A DNA stretch of 64,000 bases from Callorhinchus milii (lineage: Eukaryota), in the NCBI RefSeq assembly GCF_018977255.1, contig NW_024704743.1, positions 102,798,001 to 102,862,000 of the forward strand, given 5' to 3'. This document shows, in pieces, positions 40,681 through 53,953 of this stretch (its first letter is position 1; each line of letters opens with the position of its first letter). A model generated the notes under the pieces. It ran no database searches and was not told the DNA's origin. It saw nothing but the letters and a program-made list of their open reading frames with translations. The translations under genes and the position numbers were made by a program.

Positions 40681-40957
40681 GTCATAACCAAATGGAAATA
40701 ATAAAATGGATTTTTTAAGGGAATTTAAATTAAATCTCTTTAACTTGTTTATTTGCACCCATACACTGAACATAACTGAGCTAGTCATCCCCAATCAGCA
40801 AATATCTCTTCAGTAAAGTAACTGTGACTGCATATATCATATTTAAATGTAAAATTGCTTTGTAGTTTAATAAATATACCACAGAATAACGGCTTAGCTA
40901 TCAGAACAAGAGTAATGTCTAACTTTTAACACTGAGAAGAATTTAGATATAGAATCA

Positions 40958-41161
<204 letters not shown>

Positions 41162-43763
41162 TTAAAAGTGGATAAATTATTGATACCATAATTTATTTGC
41201 GTTGTAAAATTAATAATTTAATATACTGTATATTTGGAGGACAATGCACCAGTAATTGATGCTTATATTAATCACCAACATGGTACAAATTCACTCTATT
41301 TCTTCTCAAAAATGAAAGTCCCTTCAGCATAACTTGAAGGACTGGCTCTGTAGGAATTTTCAAAACTGCGGTGTCTTCACCCCTCGTCAATACAATTTCA
41401 TAGTAAAAACATAAAGCAAACTGCTTTCAGCAGTTCAAATTGGATGTGAGTGACATGAAGAGGTCTAAATTGTAAAGTTACAACCTGGATTTGAAAAGGA
41501 TTCCCAGATACTGAATCCTGCGGGTAACCTAATATGCATTGAGCTGACCTAAGGGGACTCCTCTCTGACATGTGATCTCGAAGCAATTTCCTGGAGGTCA
41601 GTGTTACACAGGCTACTGGTGAGTTTTAATATTTAGGATGACATTCTACATATGCAAGTTTCACCTCCAATATTTAGCTACTCACGCCTAACAAAAGAAC
41701 ATGCAATTCCTGTTGTTTGAAATAACACATTTCTCATGAGGAGAATGACTCAAAGCACTTCACGGGCTTAAATGTAAAGTTTTTTTGGAGATCTTGGTAG
41801 CACACAGCAATGTCTCACAAACAACTGTGGCATGAACGATTAATTTTATCGGGGGGATTGTTGGCCAGGATACCAGGATAATTTACTCTATCTCACATTG
41901 ACTGCAAAAATAACCTATCTTCTCCCCCCCACACACACCACCACCCTGTCCCACAATAGGAAGTTCCATTATAAAAAATGTAACACGTATCTTTAATAGC
42001 AGAAAGAAGTAAAGTACAGATAATGCAAGTGGATGCCACATTCTCATCATTCTCTGTGTAAATTGTGTCCTCCTACCTCCCTTTTTTGATGTGTTTCTAG
42101 TTATCTTAAATTTATGCCCATTAATTTTGGATTCATCACCAAGTGGAAACAGTTCATGTCCACCTTATCAAATCCTTTCATAATCAACCACCTCAATCAG
42201 ATCCCCTTTGAATCAGACAATCTGCAGATAGAAAGATGTAATCTGTCCAATCTTGATAGCTGTATCCACTCAACCATGATAACATCCTAGCAAATCTACC
42301 ATGGACTTTCTCCAATGCTACAATTTAAATTTCAAGAGGAATAGGGGAGAATGAAAAGATATGTAGACACAAGAGGACACTGAGAAGAAAGATATACTGT
42401 TGTGAAAGGCAACATATACTTGCCCTTATTTGAGCAGTAGTGCATTCACTTGTTGTAGTTTTCCAGAAAGGTTATTATCGAGACATGTCAAATGTTCACT
42501 ACAGATTTGGAGTTGTGCTTTGCAATTCCAATTGCTCTGCCTATGGCTAACTTACCGCAGTCATCAATTTGTTTGCTTTTTTTGTCTCATGGGTCAGGCA
42601 TCAGAAAGAGATTACAGTATAACTGATCAAACTACCATGTCTACCTTTGTTCACGAGGTGACTGATGCACTGTTTCACAAGCCTGACAGGTTCATTCATC
42701 TCTCCAAGTTACAAGAAACACAGAGTTAACCACATTGTGGCATTTTACAACATTGCAGGCTTTGCTCGAGAGCTATGCTTGGTTGACCATTTCCATGTAT
42801 AACACAATGTTACCACCTTTGAGCTGCTTGTCCGGCTCGAATCAACTTACCCATCAGGGCTTTGGTTTGCAGGGTTAACAGGAGCTGAGTGCAAAGAGTC
42901 CCTGCCTCTAGTGACTGGTCTGCCCTTCTAAGTCCTGCTGATGAGCCAGGCTGACTGTGCTGTCATCAGCAGTGCCCTTGTGTACCGTAGACCCATCTGG
43001 TTCAGGAACTAGGACTCCAGAGTCCCACCGCCTCAGTTCTTACCTCCCATCATTCAAGGCCCATCTCAAAAGTTACCTCTTGGACAGATCTTTCGATCAG
43101 CTTTCCCTTCCCCACCCCACTGCTCCCACCCCTAGCTTGGGTGCTCAGCCAGCACTGTCAAGCTCTTTGAGATGTCCTCCTGACATGGAAGACGCAACAC
43201 AATTGTAAGCTGTATTGTAGGAAATCGATTTGCAGTTTACAATATACGATTAAAGCATATTCTGCAATGCTATACATATTAAATAAGAGGCAAACTTCAG
43301 CTAGAACTGAGATTTTCACTTGCACTTTCTAACAAAAAAGTTTGCATTAACGCTCTGCCATATAACAGTTAATTTTTGAAAAAGGATTATAGAAAAGTTT
43401 CAAATCCAGGGATACATTATGCACAATTTCACAGCATGCTTGAGGGGATGCATTGTGTTGCGCTGCAGAAAGAATAACAGGAAACTGCAAAGTTTTCAAT
43501 GGAATGGGAAGAAATTCGACAGATTAACTACAACACAACTCATAATAGTAAGAGAGCAACCAACCATGGTAGACAGTTTAGAGAGAATGTCAAAGGGAAA
43601 GCTTAGAGGTGGTACTGACAATAATCCCTTCAACTGATAGTGTTTGAACACATTGATTAATTCAGAATGGTTAGATTGTAAACAATATACAATTAAAAAA
43701 AAGTAATGTTCAGCTCTTTATGTTGGTGTGCAATTCTGAGTTCTATTGAACTGTAGAATAAGG

Positions 43764-43845
43764 AACAACAACAACAACAACAAGATTCCATTTATAAAGC
43801 GCCTTTCACGTCAGGAGGACGTCCCAAGGCGCTGCACAGTTGGGT
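43764..43845 (-). mobile_element. Very short young L2 3' end (stem-loop plus tail only)
   Basis: Exact reverse complement of 56252 onward by eye. Confidence 0.88.
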
Positions 43846-45107
43846 AAAGGAAGGAAGAATAAGAAAGAAAATAAGATTTTTATAAACTCCATGACAGAAC
43901 AAAGCACATCAAAGCATGAATCACCTACAATGACCTACATCTACAATGTCTATGTGCATCTGGTCTATCATTAAGTTAATATGAACATAAAACGCACAGC
44001 ATCGGTTTTGCTTGCATTTTCAAATCTGGAACAGAACACGTGTATGGTAATGGCCATTATAAATAAACATTTATTGCTGATGTGTTTTTTTGAGAAGAAT
44101 ACAAACTAATCAGCAGCAAAAATGAAATAAGGTTTCTCCAGTTGAATGAGACTAATTGCTGTGGTCAAGGGCTCTTGGGGGCTATTTTCTGACAGACAAT
44201 AATTTATTTAGTGTCAATTTAAAACTACTGGACCTGTCATTAATGCTTATTTGGGTGATGCTAACAGAGGGACTCTTTCTCACAGTGTGAATCACAGTGG
44301 TAAATGTTCACGATTTACAAGGATACCATTTACCTGCTAACTACATAGCGCAATGCAGCATGGAAACAGGCTATTTGGCCCAGCTAGTCCACAAAATATA
44401 GTTACTAGAACTTGCAATATATCATGTGAAGCACTTCGAGATGTGAAAGATGCTATCCTGAATGTAAGGATTATTAGTCTGTGACGGTGTTTATAATCCA
44501 CACAAACCCCCATCGATTCTATTGCCCTTTTCTACTCTCCTCTATTGCCTACCTCCTTATGCATGTACCATGTTTTCTCTGAATTGGTGAAATCTCAAGT
44601 GGTAAATCTTACGTCACTATTTTAACTGCCTTGCAAATTCTTTCCGAACACATGGTTCAGGTTGAAATTCTGTCAACAATTTAAAGTCGGCACATTAATA
44701 CTTGAGGAATTTTTGAATTACTCCTTCAAAGTTCCTGGAAGGTTCACTTTAATGGACAATTTGGAAGGCGGGTTAGAAATAATTTGCATCTTGGATTTAT
44801 AATGTAACAGAAAAGAGTGCACTGAATAGTGAAGAGATGAAAGAGTTCAATCAACTCAGATACCGTGGGAAGAAATTCCCCCTGGATATAGATTCACTCA
44901 ATTAACGTAATTGGGTAACGAATTGGGTAAAGACATTTTTCCACCTTTTGTGCAAAAGCTACTGACTGACATGCAGTGAAGTTCCAAACAGTTGGACACA
45001 ATGGTTGAGTCCAGCAACGCTGGATTCTTTGCTGTTAGCAGTCATTGAGTAGCCGACTATTGCTGCTGACTCCTGACCATTTCAAGGATTGTATCAGATA
45101 CTAGTTA

Positions 45108-45362
<255 letters not shown>

Positions 45363-46094
45363 TCAAAACAGAGAGCATTGTTCATATTTCACAAGAGGAT
45401 TGTGATTCCAATAGCAAAGCAAAATTACTGTCTTACACTGGGGTCTAATATATGACGTTCTCAAATGGAATTCCAAACACTAATCGTTTGCAACATACAT
45501 TTTATTTCAGTTAACCATTTGAGGCCCAGAAACATGATTACTAATAAGTAATCCTTCCACTTGATGTTGTGCCGTAGCACATCATCAAAATGTCTTAAAG
45601 TACTTCACATCCTTTATGATAAAGTGTTGTGGCTCTGTATTTTGTAGAGGAAGGCAGCAGCCAATTTGCACACAGCAATGTCCTCCAAACAAAAATGTGA
45701 ATGGCTAATTTTATAAGGGTATTGGCCAAGACGCTGGGAGAATCTCCTTTTTCTTCTCAAATAGTTCGATAGATTTTATCATCTACCCCAACAGATAGAT
45801 GGGACCTTCGCACAACATCTCAAAAATGCAGAATCAGGGTAGATATTGTGAATCCACTAATTGTCTGTCCTGCATTGATTCTACTCTGAAGCTGGATTTA
45901 TGCTGCATATTTAGTGTCAACTTGATTCAGAAAGCATATTAAATTGACCAGCATAAATATAGTAGTAATTGCTCACCAGTGCTTTGAGAGTTTGTAAGTG
46001 ATTTACATAAGCATTGCAATGAACTGTGATGCACTACCTGTTAATCCATTCATTAATAAGGCATCAACGGACACTTCAGATGGATTTATTCTCA

Positions 46095-46274
<180 letters not shown>

Positions 46275-46625
46275 TCAGGTATGATGACACAATGCATGGG
46301 GAGAAATTGCACCTACGTATAGATTAGTTATGTAGCATTTTAGAACATCGAGAATCTGGCAAAATTCTTCAACACAGCCTTAATCTTGAAGCTGTTTGTT
46401 CTGCTCCTTTTTAGGAAACGACACAAAACCATCTTCAAGGATAAGAATTAATTCAACAATTTGCCAAATATTGAACAGGCTAAACTGCTACACAAATAAA
46501 GTACATTTAGACCCAGTTAGAATTTATCCCCTATTTTAATAATAACCCTTGCATTTGATATAGCGCCTTATTACTTTGTTGAGACATCTCAAAGTGCTTC
46601 ACAGGATATATTTAAAGTGGATTAA

Positions 46626-47420
46626 CACAACAACAACAACAAAATTATATTGTATAGAGCCTTTTGCATCAGGAAGACGTCCCAAGGCATTGGACAGTCA
46701 GTGTTTTGGATCCGAGTTGGGGGTCGGGATTGGGGAGAGTGGAGGGCGGGTGAGGAAGCAGGGTGATCGAAAGCACGGTCGAAGAGGAGGGTCTTGAGAT
46801 GGGTCTTGAAGGAGGCAAGGGGGGACACAAGGTGGAGGGACTGCGGGATGGAATTCCAGAGGGTGGGGGCAGAGTAGCAGAAGGCCAACCCACCAAAGGT
46901 AGGGCAGGAGAGGCAGGGGACGTGAAGTAGGCCGGAGCCTGCTGAGCGGAGGGAGCGGGCTGGATGGTAGGGGTTAGGAGGTTGCAGAGGTAGGGGGAGC
47001 AAGAAACATGGAGAGCTTTGAAAGTGAGGACCAGGATCTTGAACTGTATCCTCTGTGTGATGAGAAGCCAGTGGAGTTGGGGCAGAGGACACGGGCTGCA
47101 GAGTTCTGGATGATCTGCAGCCTATGGAGGGAGGTTTTGCGGGGGCCGGCAGCAAGGAGTTTGCATAGTCAAGCCTCGATGTAATGAATGTGTACATGAG
47201 AATTTCGACTCCTGCAGTGTGAGACAGTGGCAGATGTTGCGGAGGGGGTGATGGCAGAGCGGGTCAGTTGAGGGTCAAACAAGTTGCTAAGATTCCAGAC
47301 TGGCTTAGTAAGGTGGAGTTTGCATCCATGGATGGTGATGCTGTCAGCGCCTGAGGTGTGTAGGCGCTGACGGGAGCCAATCAGGAGGGCCTCGGTCTTG
47401 TGGATGTTCAACGGAAGAAA
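46626..47420 (-). mobile_element. L2 3' fragment inserted into an older SINE (host ~46540-46625 and ~47470-47640)
   Basis: [17 protein letters not shown] and TFITSRLDYANSLL; (CAA)n tail. Confidence 0.88.
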
Positions 47421-47659
47421 CAATAGCTTTGAGTGATTGGTTTTTAAATCAAATACTGCAGTGAACTATAACACAGCAGCCAGTTTGCATACAGCAATGT
47501 CCCAAAAATAAGCATGGAGTGAGTGGTCAATTGTATTTGTGGGATTGGTTGGCCAAGACACTGGGAGAAACTCTGCACATTTTGAATAGTACCATGGAAT
47601 CTTTATTGTCAACCTGAACAGGCAGATGGGACCCCAGTTACTGTCTCTAATCTTTAATA

Positions 47660-48130
47660 CTTAAGGAGACAGAGGAGGGCAACCAAAATGATTGAGGGGA
47701 TGGAGGGACTGGACGAAGAGCGATTAAGTAAACTGGGCATGTTCACGCTGGAGAAGAGAAGATTGAGGGTTGAAAGGATTATTGTCTTTTAAGATTTTAA
47801 AGGGAATAGATAATGTAGACCATGATAAGCTGTTTTATCTTGTACTGAACAGTAGAACCAGAGGACATGGCCTGCGATTGAAGGGGGGCAAATTCAGAAC
47901 AAATCTGCGGAAACACTACTTCAATGAGTGAGTACTAAACTTATGGAACAGGCTCCCTATGGAGATGGTGCAAGCAGAAAATGTTGTTTGTTTCAAGAAC
48001 AAATTAGATAGATTTCTGCTAGAAAATAATATCTCGGGATACAGGACATAGTTTCGGACACGACATGTCAAGTGAATACTAGGATGGACCTTCGTCTTCT
48101 TTCACCTAGCAAATTGTTATGTTCTTATGG
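47660..48130 (+). mobile_element. CR1-clade 3' fragment
   Basis: LGMFTLEKRRLR, RTRGHGLRLKGGKF and LNLWNRLP-type C-terminus; TGTTCTTATG tail. Confidence 0.82.
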
Positions 48131-48412
48131 TATTTCGTAACAAGATTTCTTAATAAGGAATCATTTAGTGCAAACATTCATTCCAATAACTATATATATA
48201 TCACGCCAGCCCGTATGTTGCAAACTCCAGGCCATATTATAGTTTTCCATTTCATAACCCCAGGTAATCATAGTAAAGCTTTGGAAAAAGAAATGTTATC
48301 TCCCACACAAGATATAGAATACATCTCAACTGATGCGTTGTAGTCCTTGCATTGATCGGCATCAAACATTTCCCTTCAGTTATACTTATTGAAAAGAAGA
48401 CAAGTTCCATAC

Positions 48413-48604
48413 CAATGCACGATGGAAGAGGATAATCCCAAGCTCTTCTTTCTCCAGTCATACACTTGAGAAGGCTGCTTCCATGTAGAGTGTACCCTGG
48501 ATTACAACCATAAGAAATAGTGCTGCCAGCAAAGTGGCCCTGGTCACTGATTTTGTATCCGAACTGAGGCACACCAGGATCTTCACAGTGAGAGAGCTCA
48601 AACC
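48413..48604 (-). CDS. CSMD3: CSMD3 exon, 192 nt; Sushi/CCP domain (GFELSHCEDPGVPQFGYKISDQGHFAGSTISYGCNPGYTLHGSSLLKCMTGERRAWDYPLPSCI)
   Basis: Acceptor ccatcacag|GG, donor ATTG|gtatgg; phase 1-1. Four-Cys plus Trp Sushi pattern, near-identical to recalled CSMD3. Confidence 0.97.
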
Positions 48605-49137
48605 CTGTGATGGGAGAGCAGAACAGTTACTGAGGCAGAACAGATATAATCCTGGCAACATGATCAGAACTGTCAGCATGCATAGCTTCAGAACTTGGAG
48701 ACAAACCACTTGAGAAACTAAGAGATTTACCTTTTTGACAAAAAGCAAAGTAATATCAGAATGAATTTTCACACTAAAAAAAAGTCTTAAGTATTGCAGC
48801 ACCAAATTATTTATTAGGTAAGATATTTAATTCTACATTCTCTTGTACAAAACAGTATGGCTCAAGGGAACAATCTCTTTTAATGTCTCCTCAAGTATTC
48901 TGCTTTTGAATAATTTATACTGTTATTCTCCACTGCTCCTTTAACCCTTTATTTTCATAAAACCAATTACATTAATAATAATAATGATTATATTCGACAT
49001 AGTGCCTGATCATGCTGTTAAAACATCCTAAAGCTTTCAGTAAGAATTACTCCAAATTGTAGGGCGTGTCTAGTAGTAACTGAATGTGACAACCAATTTG
49101 GGCACAGCTGACAGCCATGACGTGAATGACTAATTGA

Positions 49138-49492
49138 TATAATAATAACAATAATCCTTGCATTTGATATAGTGCTTCACAGAATATACTGTAAAGTGAA
49201 TTGACTGTATATTTTGTGGGCGAAACGCTACAGCCAATTGCACACAGCAGTGTCCCACAAACAGTCGTGGATTGAGTGACCAAATAATTATTATTAAAAC
49301 ATTTTTTTGAAGGAATTATTACCCCAGGAAAAGCGATCTGCCAATTGACAAATTTGGGTTCTAACTTACTGCTAGGTAAACAGAGGCATATGGGGTTAGG
49401 AAATTTTCCTAACGTTTCACCCTACCCAGGAATCAAACACAGGTCCTCTCGCTTGCGAGGCGTGTGGTCTACCCACTGAGCTACAGGAGTCC
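49138..49492 (-). mobile_element. tRNA(Ala) Deu SINE, long subfamily
   Basis: Head, long insert and core; the tail stem-loop is partly deleted. Confidence 0.85.
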
Positions 49493-51635
49493 ACATCCCA
49501 CAATATTCACAAGCTGGATGTGGAATGTTAATTGCAACTTCTAATTTTGCTGATTGTGAGTTTGTAAAAAAAAATACAGCAACATTTGAATCCTGAACAT
49601 TGGCAAAGGCCTTCGGTCTGAATGTTTTGTCAAACATGTGCAGCTTTTTCTTTTTACCTTTGAAAATGTTTGCGGTTTTGAATTTCAAAATCCTGACTTG
49701 CCTAACCAGTCAAGAACTCATCAGACTTTTGTCAGTACTTTTCGGATTACTATGAGGACATGCCACCATTTACAAAAGTAATGCCAGTATTGCCTTATTT
49801 TAGAATGTAGATAAAGGCCCCCCTAAGAACTTTCACTTGGGTCCATATTTACTCTGTTAATAAAGCACTTCTAATTCTAGAGAGGATCAGGAACAGATGG
49901 CCAAGAGCCAATATTTGGGGACCTGAGTTTAACCAGCTAAAAACGCATAACTTGCCATTGAAACCCTTGTCTGACAAACTTCTCATTGTTTGTCCAACTA
50001 CAACCAGACTATCAGCTCATTTTTTGGCTTGCATGTTTAAAAAGAGTGAGTAGGAAGAATCCATTCTCCTTGTAACTGGTCTCTCCCTCAAAATCCTCTG
50101 ATGAGCCAGGCTGGCTGTTCTGTTTTCAGTAATGCCCTGGAGTATTATGGTCCTCCCTAGCTCTGGAACGGGAATACCGAGATTCCTGCAGAGGGTTGAC
50201 CTGATTATGACTTGTTTTTCCATTACTCTGGAACCAGCTCAGCTCCAAAAAAAACTGCTTACCTCCACCCCAAGGAGGTCAGACACTAGTTGGTCAATTG
50301 TTATGCTTAAACCAACAATAGCTTTGAGTGATTGTTTTTTAAATCAAATCCTGTAATGCATTGTTTCATGTTTACATCACCAACACAAAAATCAATTAAG
50401 TTTGACATTAAATAACAAATCAATTATACTCTTGTACTCAAACCTCTCAACTGTATTATGGCCTTAGCTCCAACACAAACATACAAACAAATTCAGGCAG
50501 AGCTCATGTTTGCTGTTCTGGAATCTATCTTCATTCTGCTTGACCTCTAAACATAAAATGCTAATTTGCTTAAATTGCAAGTGTTCATAAAATGGCCTTG
50601 GGTACAGAGTTTGGAATCTTATTCTGTTTTAACAATTCTCTGAAACGTAATTGTTGATTACTCTGGGAGTCTTTGATTCCTCAATGAGGTCACCCACATT
50701 CAGTGGCTCATAAATTAATCTTCCAAATCCAAGTTATTCATTCACAAATCAATTATGCTAACCTTGTCCCTACAAAAATCCTTGAACACATCTTCACATT
50801 CCCATGAGCTGATTTTTATCCCACTGCCATTCACAGACATTGTGCTAGATGGGTAGGAATGTCAAAGGGCAGATTCCGGAGCCCTGAATGTTATCCATTC
50901 CTGCCACAAAACAAGATGAAATCGAACACCCATAGCAGCCAAAATTCTCTCATAGTTTTAGTTTACAAAACAAGAACATGTTTTCTTTTGATCAGCCAGG
51001 TGTCTGGGATATGCAGAAACTCATCACCATGCCTGAATATTCAAACCTGCCTGAGAGTTTATAATCCACCTATAAATGGAGATTTATTTGTGTCTGTAAT
51101 GGGATGTGCATTGGTATACTGCAGGAATTTTTCCAACTAAAACTGCATAACTTGCTACTGAGGCGTCTGCCAAATGTCCTGCTGCTTGTCTAACTTTCCT
51201 GAATGCCCAAACTACTGTCCCGTTACAACATGATTGTTGCTTAAATTAGTCAAACAGCTTTGCCATGGCCACTCTTCTTGTAACCATTTTGAGTCACTAA
51301 TTACACAAATAAATACTCTGTATCTATCCTGAAATTCCTCTTCTCAACCCTGAACTCAGGCCCTCTTTGTTTCGTTGCCTAGAGTTAATGCTCTATTTCA
51401 CAGTTTTTTTTCTTTTCTGAGAAAATGCAGACAACATTTTCTGTAAACCTGCTTCAAATGTTCAATGGTTCAGACTTAAAGAAAAATTGTATGTAATCCA
51501 TTGTAGCTCTATGATAACTGTAAAATTCCAACTGCAACCCAGCATGTTGATGTTCACAAAATCTGGTTGTTGTACAGAAAAGTAATGAGTTCCCTTGACC
51601 ATAATGGTACCAAGCTGTTTTGCTGAAGCACTCAC

Positions 51636-51792
51636 CAGTGTAAACAAGCTGAAAGCCTTCATCAGTTTCTTTGGAGTCCGTGTTGAACTCCAGCCACAGG
51701 TGATTAGACGTGCTTGTCAAAGTCAATCCCATCATCCCAGTGCCGGTGTAAGCACCCAGAAGGTGAGTGGTGCTATCTTTCCCATCGTAGAC
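51636..51792 (-). CDS. CSMD3: CSMD3 exon, 157 nt; C-terminal half of a CUB domain (VYDGKDSTTHLLGAYTGTGMMGLTLTSTSNHLWLEFNTDSKETDEGFQLVYT)
   Basis: Acceptor ttttaatag|GTC, donor ACTG|gtgagt; phase 0 to 1. CUB motifs YDG and LWLEF..D..GF are present. Confidence 0.96.
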
Positions 51793-52379
51793 CTATTAAA
51801 AGGAAATAAATTATAGTTTTACTTCTGCAAAATGCAGAACAGCTGCGGAAATGCAATGGAGCTAAAGACAAGTAAATACAACATTGTTACATTTGCCGTA
51901 TTATTGTTATACTGCAGTATGACAGCTCCATGAGGCACAGCAGATAATTAGCCCCTCAAGGAAACAAAATTGAATCCTTGGGGCAAATTCAAATTCTTCC
52001 TACAAAGGTTTGCAGATAAAAAAAGCCCAATTTCAAAAGGTTTACAACTCCACAGGGCCAATTCCTCCTCACAGCGTTTCTCACGGCTGCATCTTGTCTT
52101 TCAACTCTCTTATCACTGAAGTGGTGAGGTGGTTGCTATTGGTCAACAAACCTTCAGGCACATGGTTGATCATTGGTTTAGGGTTGTCTGTGGGACCCTC
52201 AGAAATAATAAAATAATCCTTGCATTTGATATAGTTCTTTTCATTTTGCGAGGATATCTCAAAATGCTTCCAGGATATGCAATGAAGTGTGGTAATTGCA
52301 TATTTTGCAGGTGAACTTTCCTAGAACAAATGGCTGCCACATTTCTTTACTCAAAACAGTCACTGAGCTTGACAATAAT

Positions 52380-53225
52380 TACCTGCGCATGTCTCAACTA
52401 ACTGTACCTCTTTGCCTCCACCCTTGTCTCTAGGACCACTGCTGTCCTGACAGACTGTCTGTCAGACATTAGGTCCTGGATGAGAGCTAACTTTCTTCAA
52501 TTGAACATCAACAAGACTGAGGCTCTCCTTATTGGCTCCCGTCAGCGCCTCTACACGTTGCACACTCCATGGTTGCACACTCCACCTTGCTAAACCAGTC
52601 CGGAACTTTGGGGCCTTGTTTGATCCTCAACTATCCTTCCTATCCCACATCTATGCCATGACCCGCTCTGCCTTACTCCACCTCCGCAAGATCGCCTGGC
52701 TCCACCACTGTTTCACTCCACAAGCTGCCGAAACTCTCATACACGCTTTCATTACATCAAGGCTTGACTCTGCAAATTCTTTGCTTTTTGGCCTCCCTAA
52801 CTCCTCTAACATAGGCTTCAGATCATCCAGAACTCTGCAGCTCATGTCCTCTCCCGCACTAGGCTCCGTGACCTGTCACTCCCATCTTCTCCCGACTCCA
52901 CTGGCTTCCCATCATACAGAGGATACAGTTGAAGTTCCTGGTCCTCAACTTCAAAGACATCCATGGTCTTGCTCCCCCCTACCTCTGTGAACTCCTAAAC
53001 ACCCTACCAACCTGCTTGCTCCCTCCACTCAGCGGGCTCCGGTCTGCTTCACATCCGCGCCTTACTCGCCCCACTATTGGCGGGCGGGCTTTCTGCCACT
53101 CTGTCCCCACCCTCTTGGACCCCATCCTGCAGTCCCTCTGCCCTGCCCCCTCCTTTGCCCACCTCCCTTGCCTCCCTCCGCCTTGCCCCCTCCTATCTCA
53201 AGACCCTCCTCTTCGACTGTGCTTT
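52380..53225 (+). mobile_element. L2 3' fragment
   Basis: LTDCLSDIRSWMRANFLQLNINKTE and ETLIHAFITSRLD. Confidence 0.88.
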
Positions 53226-53737
53226 AATTTTATTATATTCAGCAATCATTTCAGTGAAATGTGTTTCCTGTGTGAAGACTGTTTTTTACAGCCTTGGCAT
53301 TAGTCAACGCTGTGAAGTGCTGTGAGACATTATCCAACGTATATATAAGTCACTATATAAATGCAAGCTGATTTTTCACTGGCATGATTTGGTTTACCAT
53401 GTATAGTAATTCAAAATAATGCCATCTCAATGGCAAATTTACTCAGCAGTCCACATTCACTTTGGGTGGGCCAAGCCTTGAATATACCAGGATCACTGCT
53501 TGAAGGCACTGAATGCTCTACAAAGGGGTTTATTGTTTGAGTGAAAGATTGTACCTATCCTTTGCTGGCATCCTTTGAATGTGCAAAGGATCATATGCCA
53601 GATTTTTACACTATAGAAGAGTCTTACAATGATATCATCAGATATAACTGATTTAGGATGCAGGAATAAGAATTTAATTCATGTTTCCTGTATTCATTTG
53701 GAAGATACTGAACAAGTATACATTGAATAGAAACTTT

Positions 53738-53953
53738 TAGTCACTCTGCCTCGCCCCCTCCTTAGCCTCCTTCAGGTCCTGCCTCAAGACCTTCCTTTTC
53801 GACCATGCCATCGGCCACGCCACTTCCCCTCCCCTCCCTTCTCCCTCCTTGACCCCAGCTCAGATCTGAAATGCTGTACAATGTCCAGCGCCTTGGGACG
53901 TCCTCCCGACGTGAAAGGCATTATACAAATGTAATCTTGTTGTTGTTGTTGTT
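53738..53953 (+). mobile_element. L2 3' end
   Basis: Stem-loop CAGCGCCTTGGGACGTCCTCCCGACGTGAAAGGC followed by (GTT)n. Confidence 0.85.
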
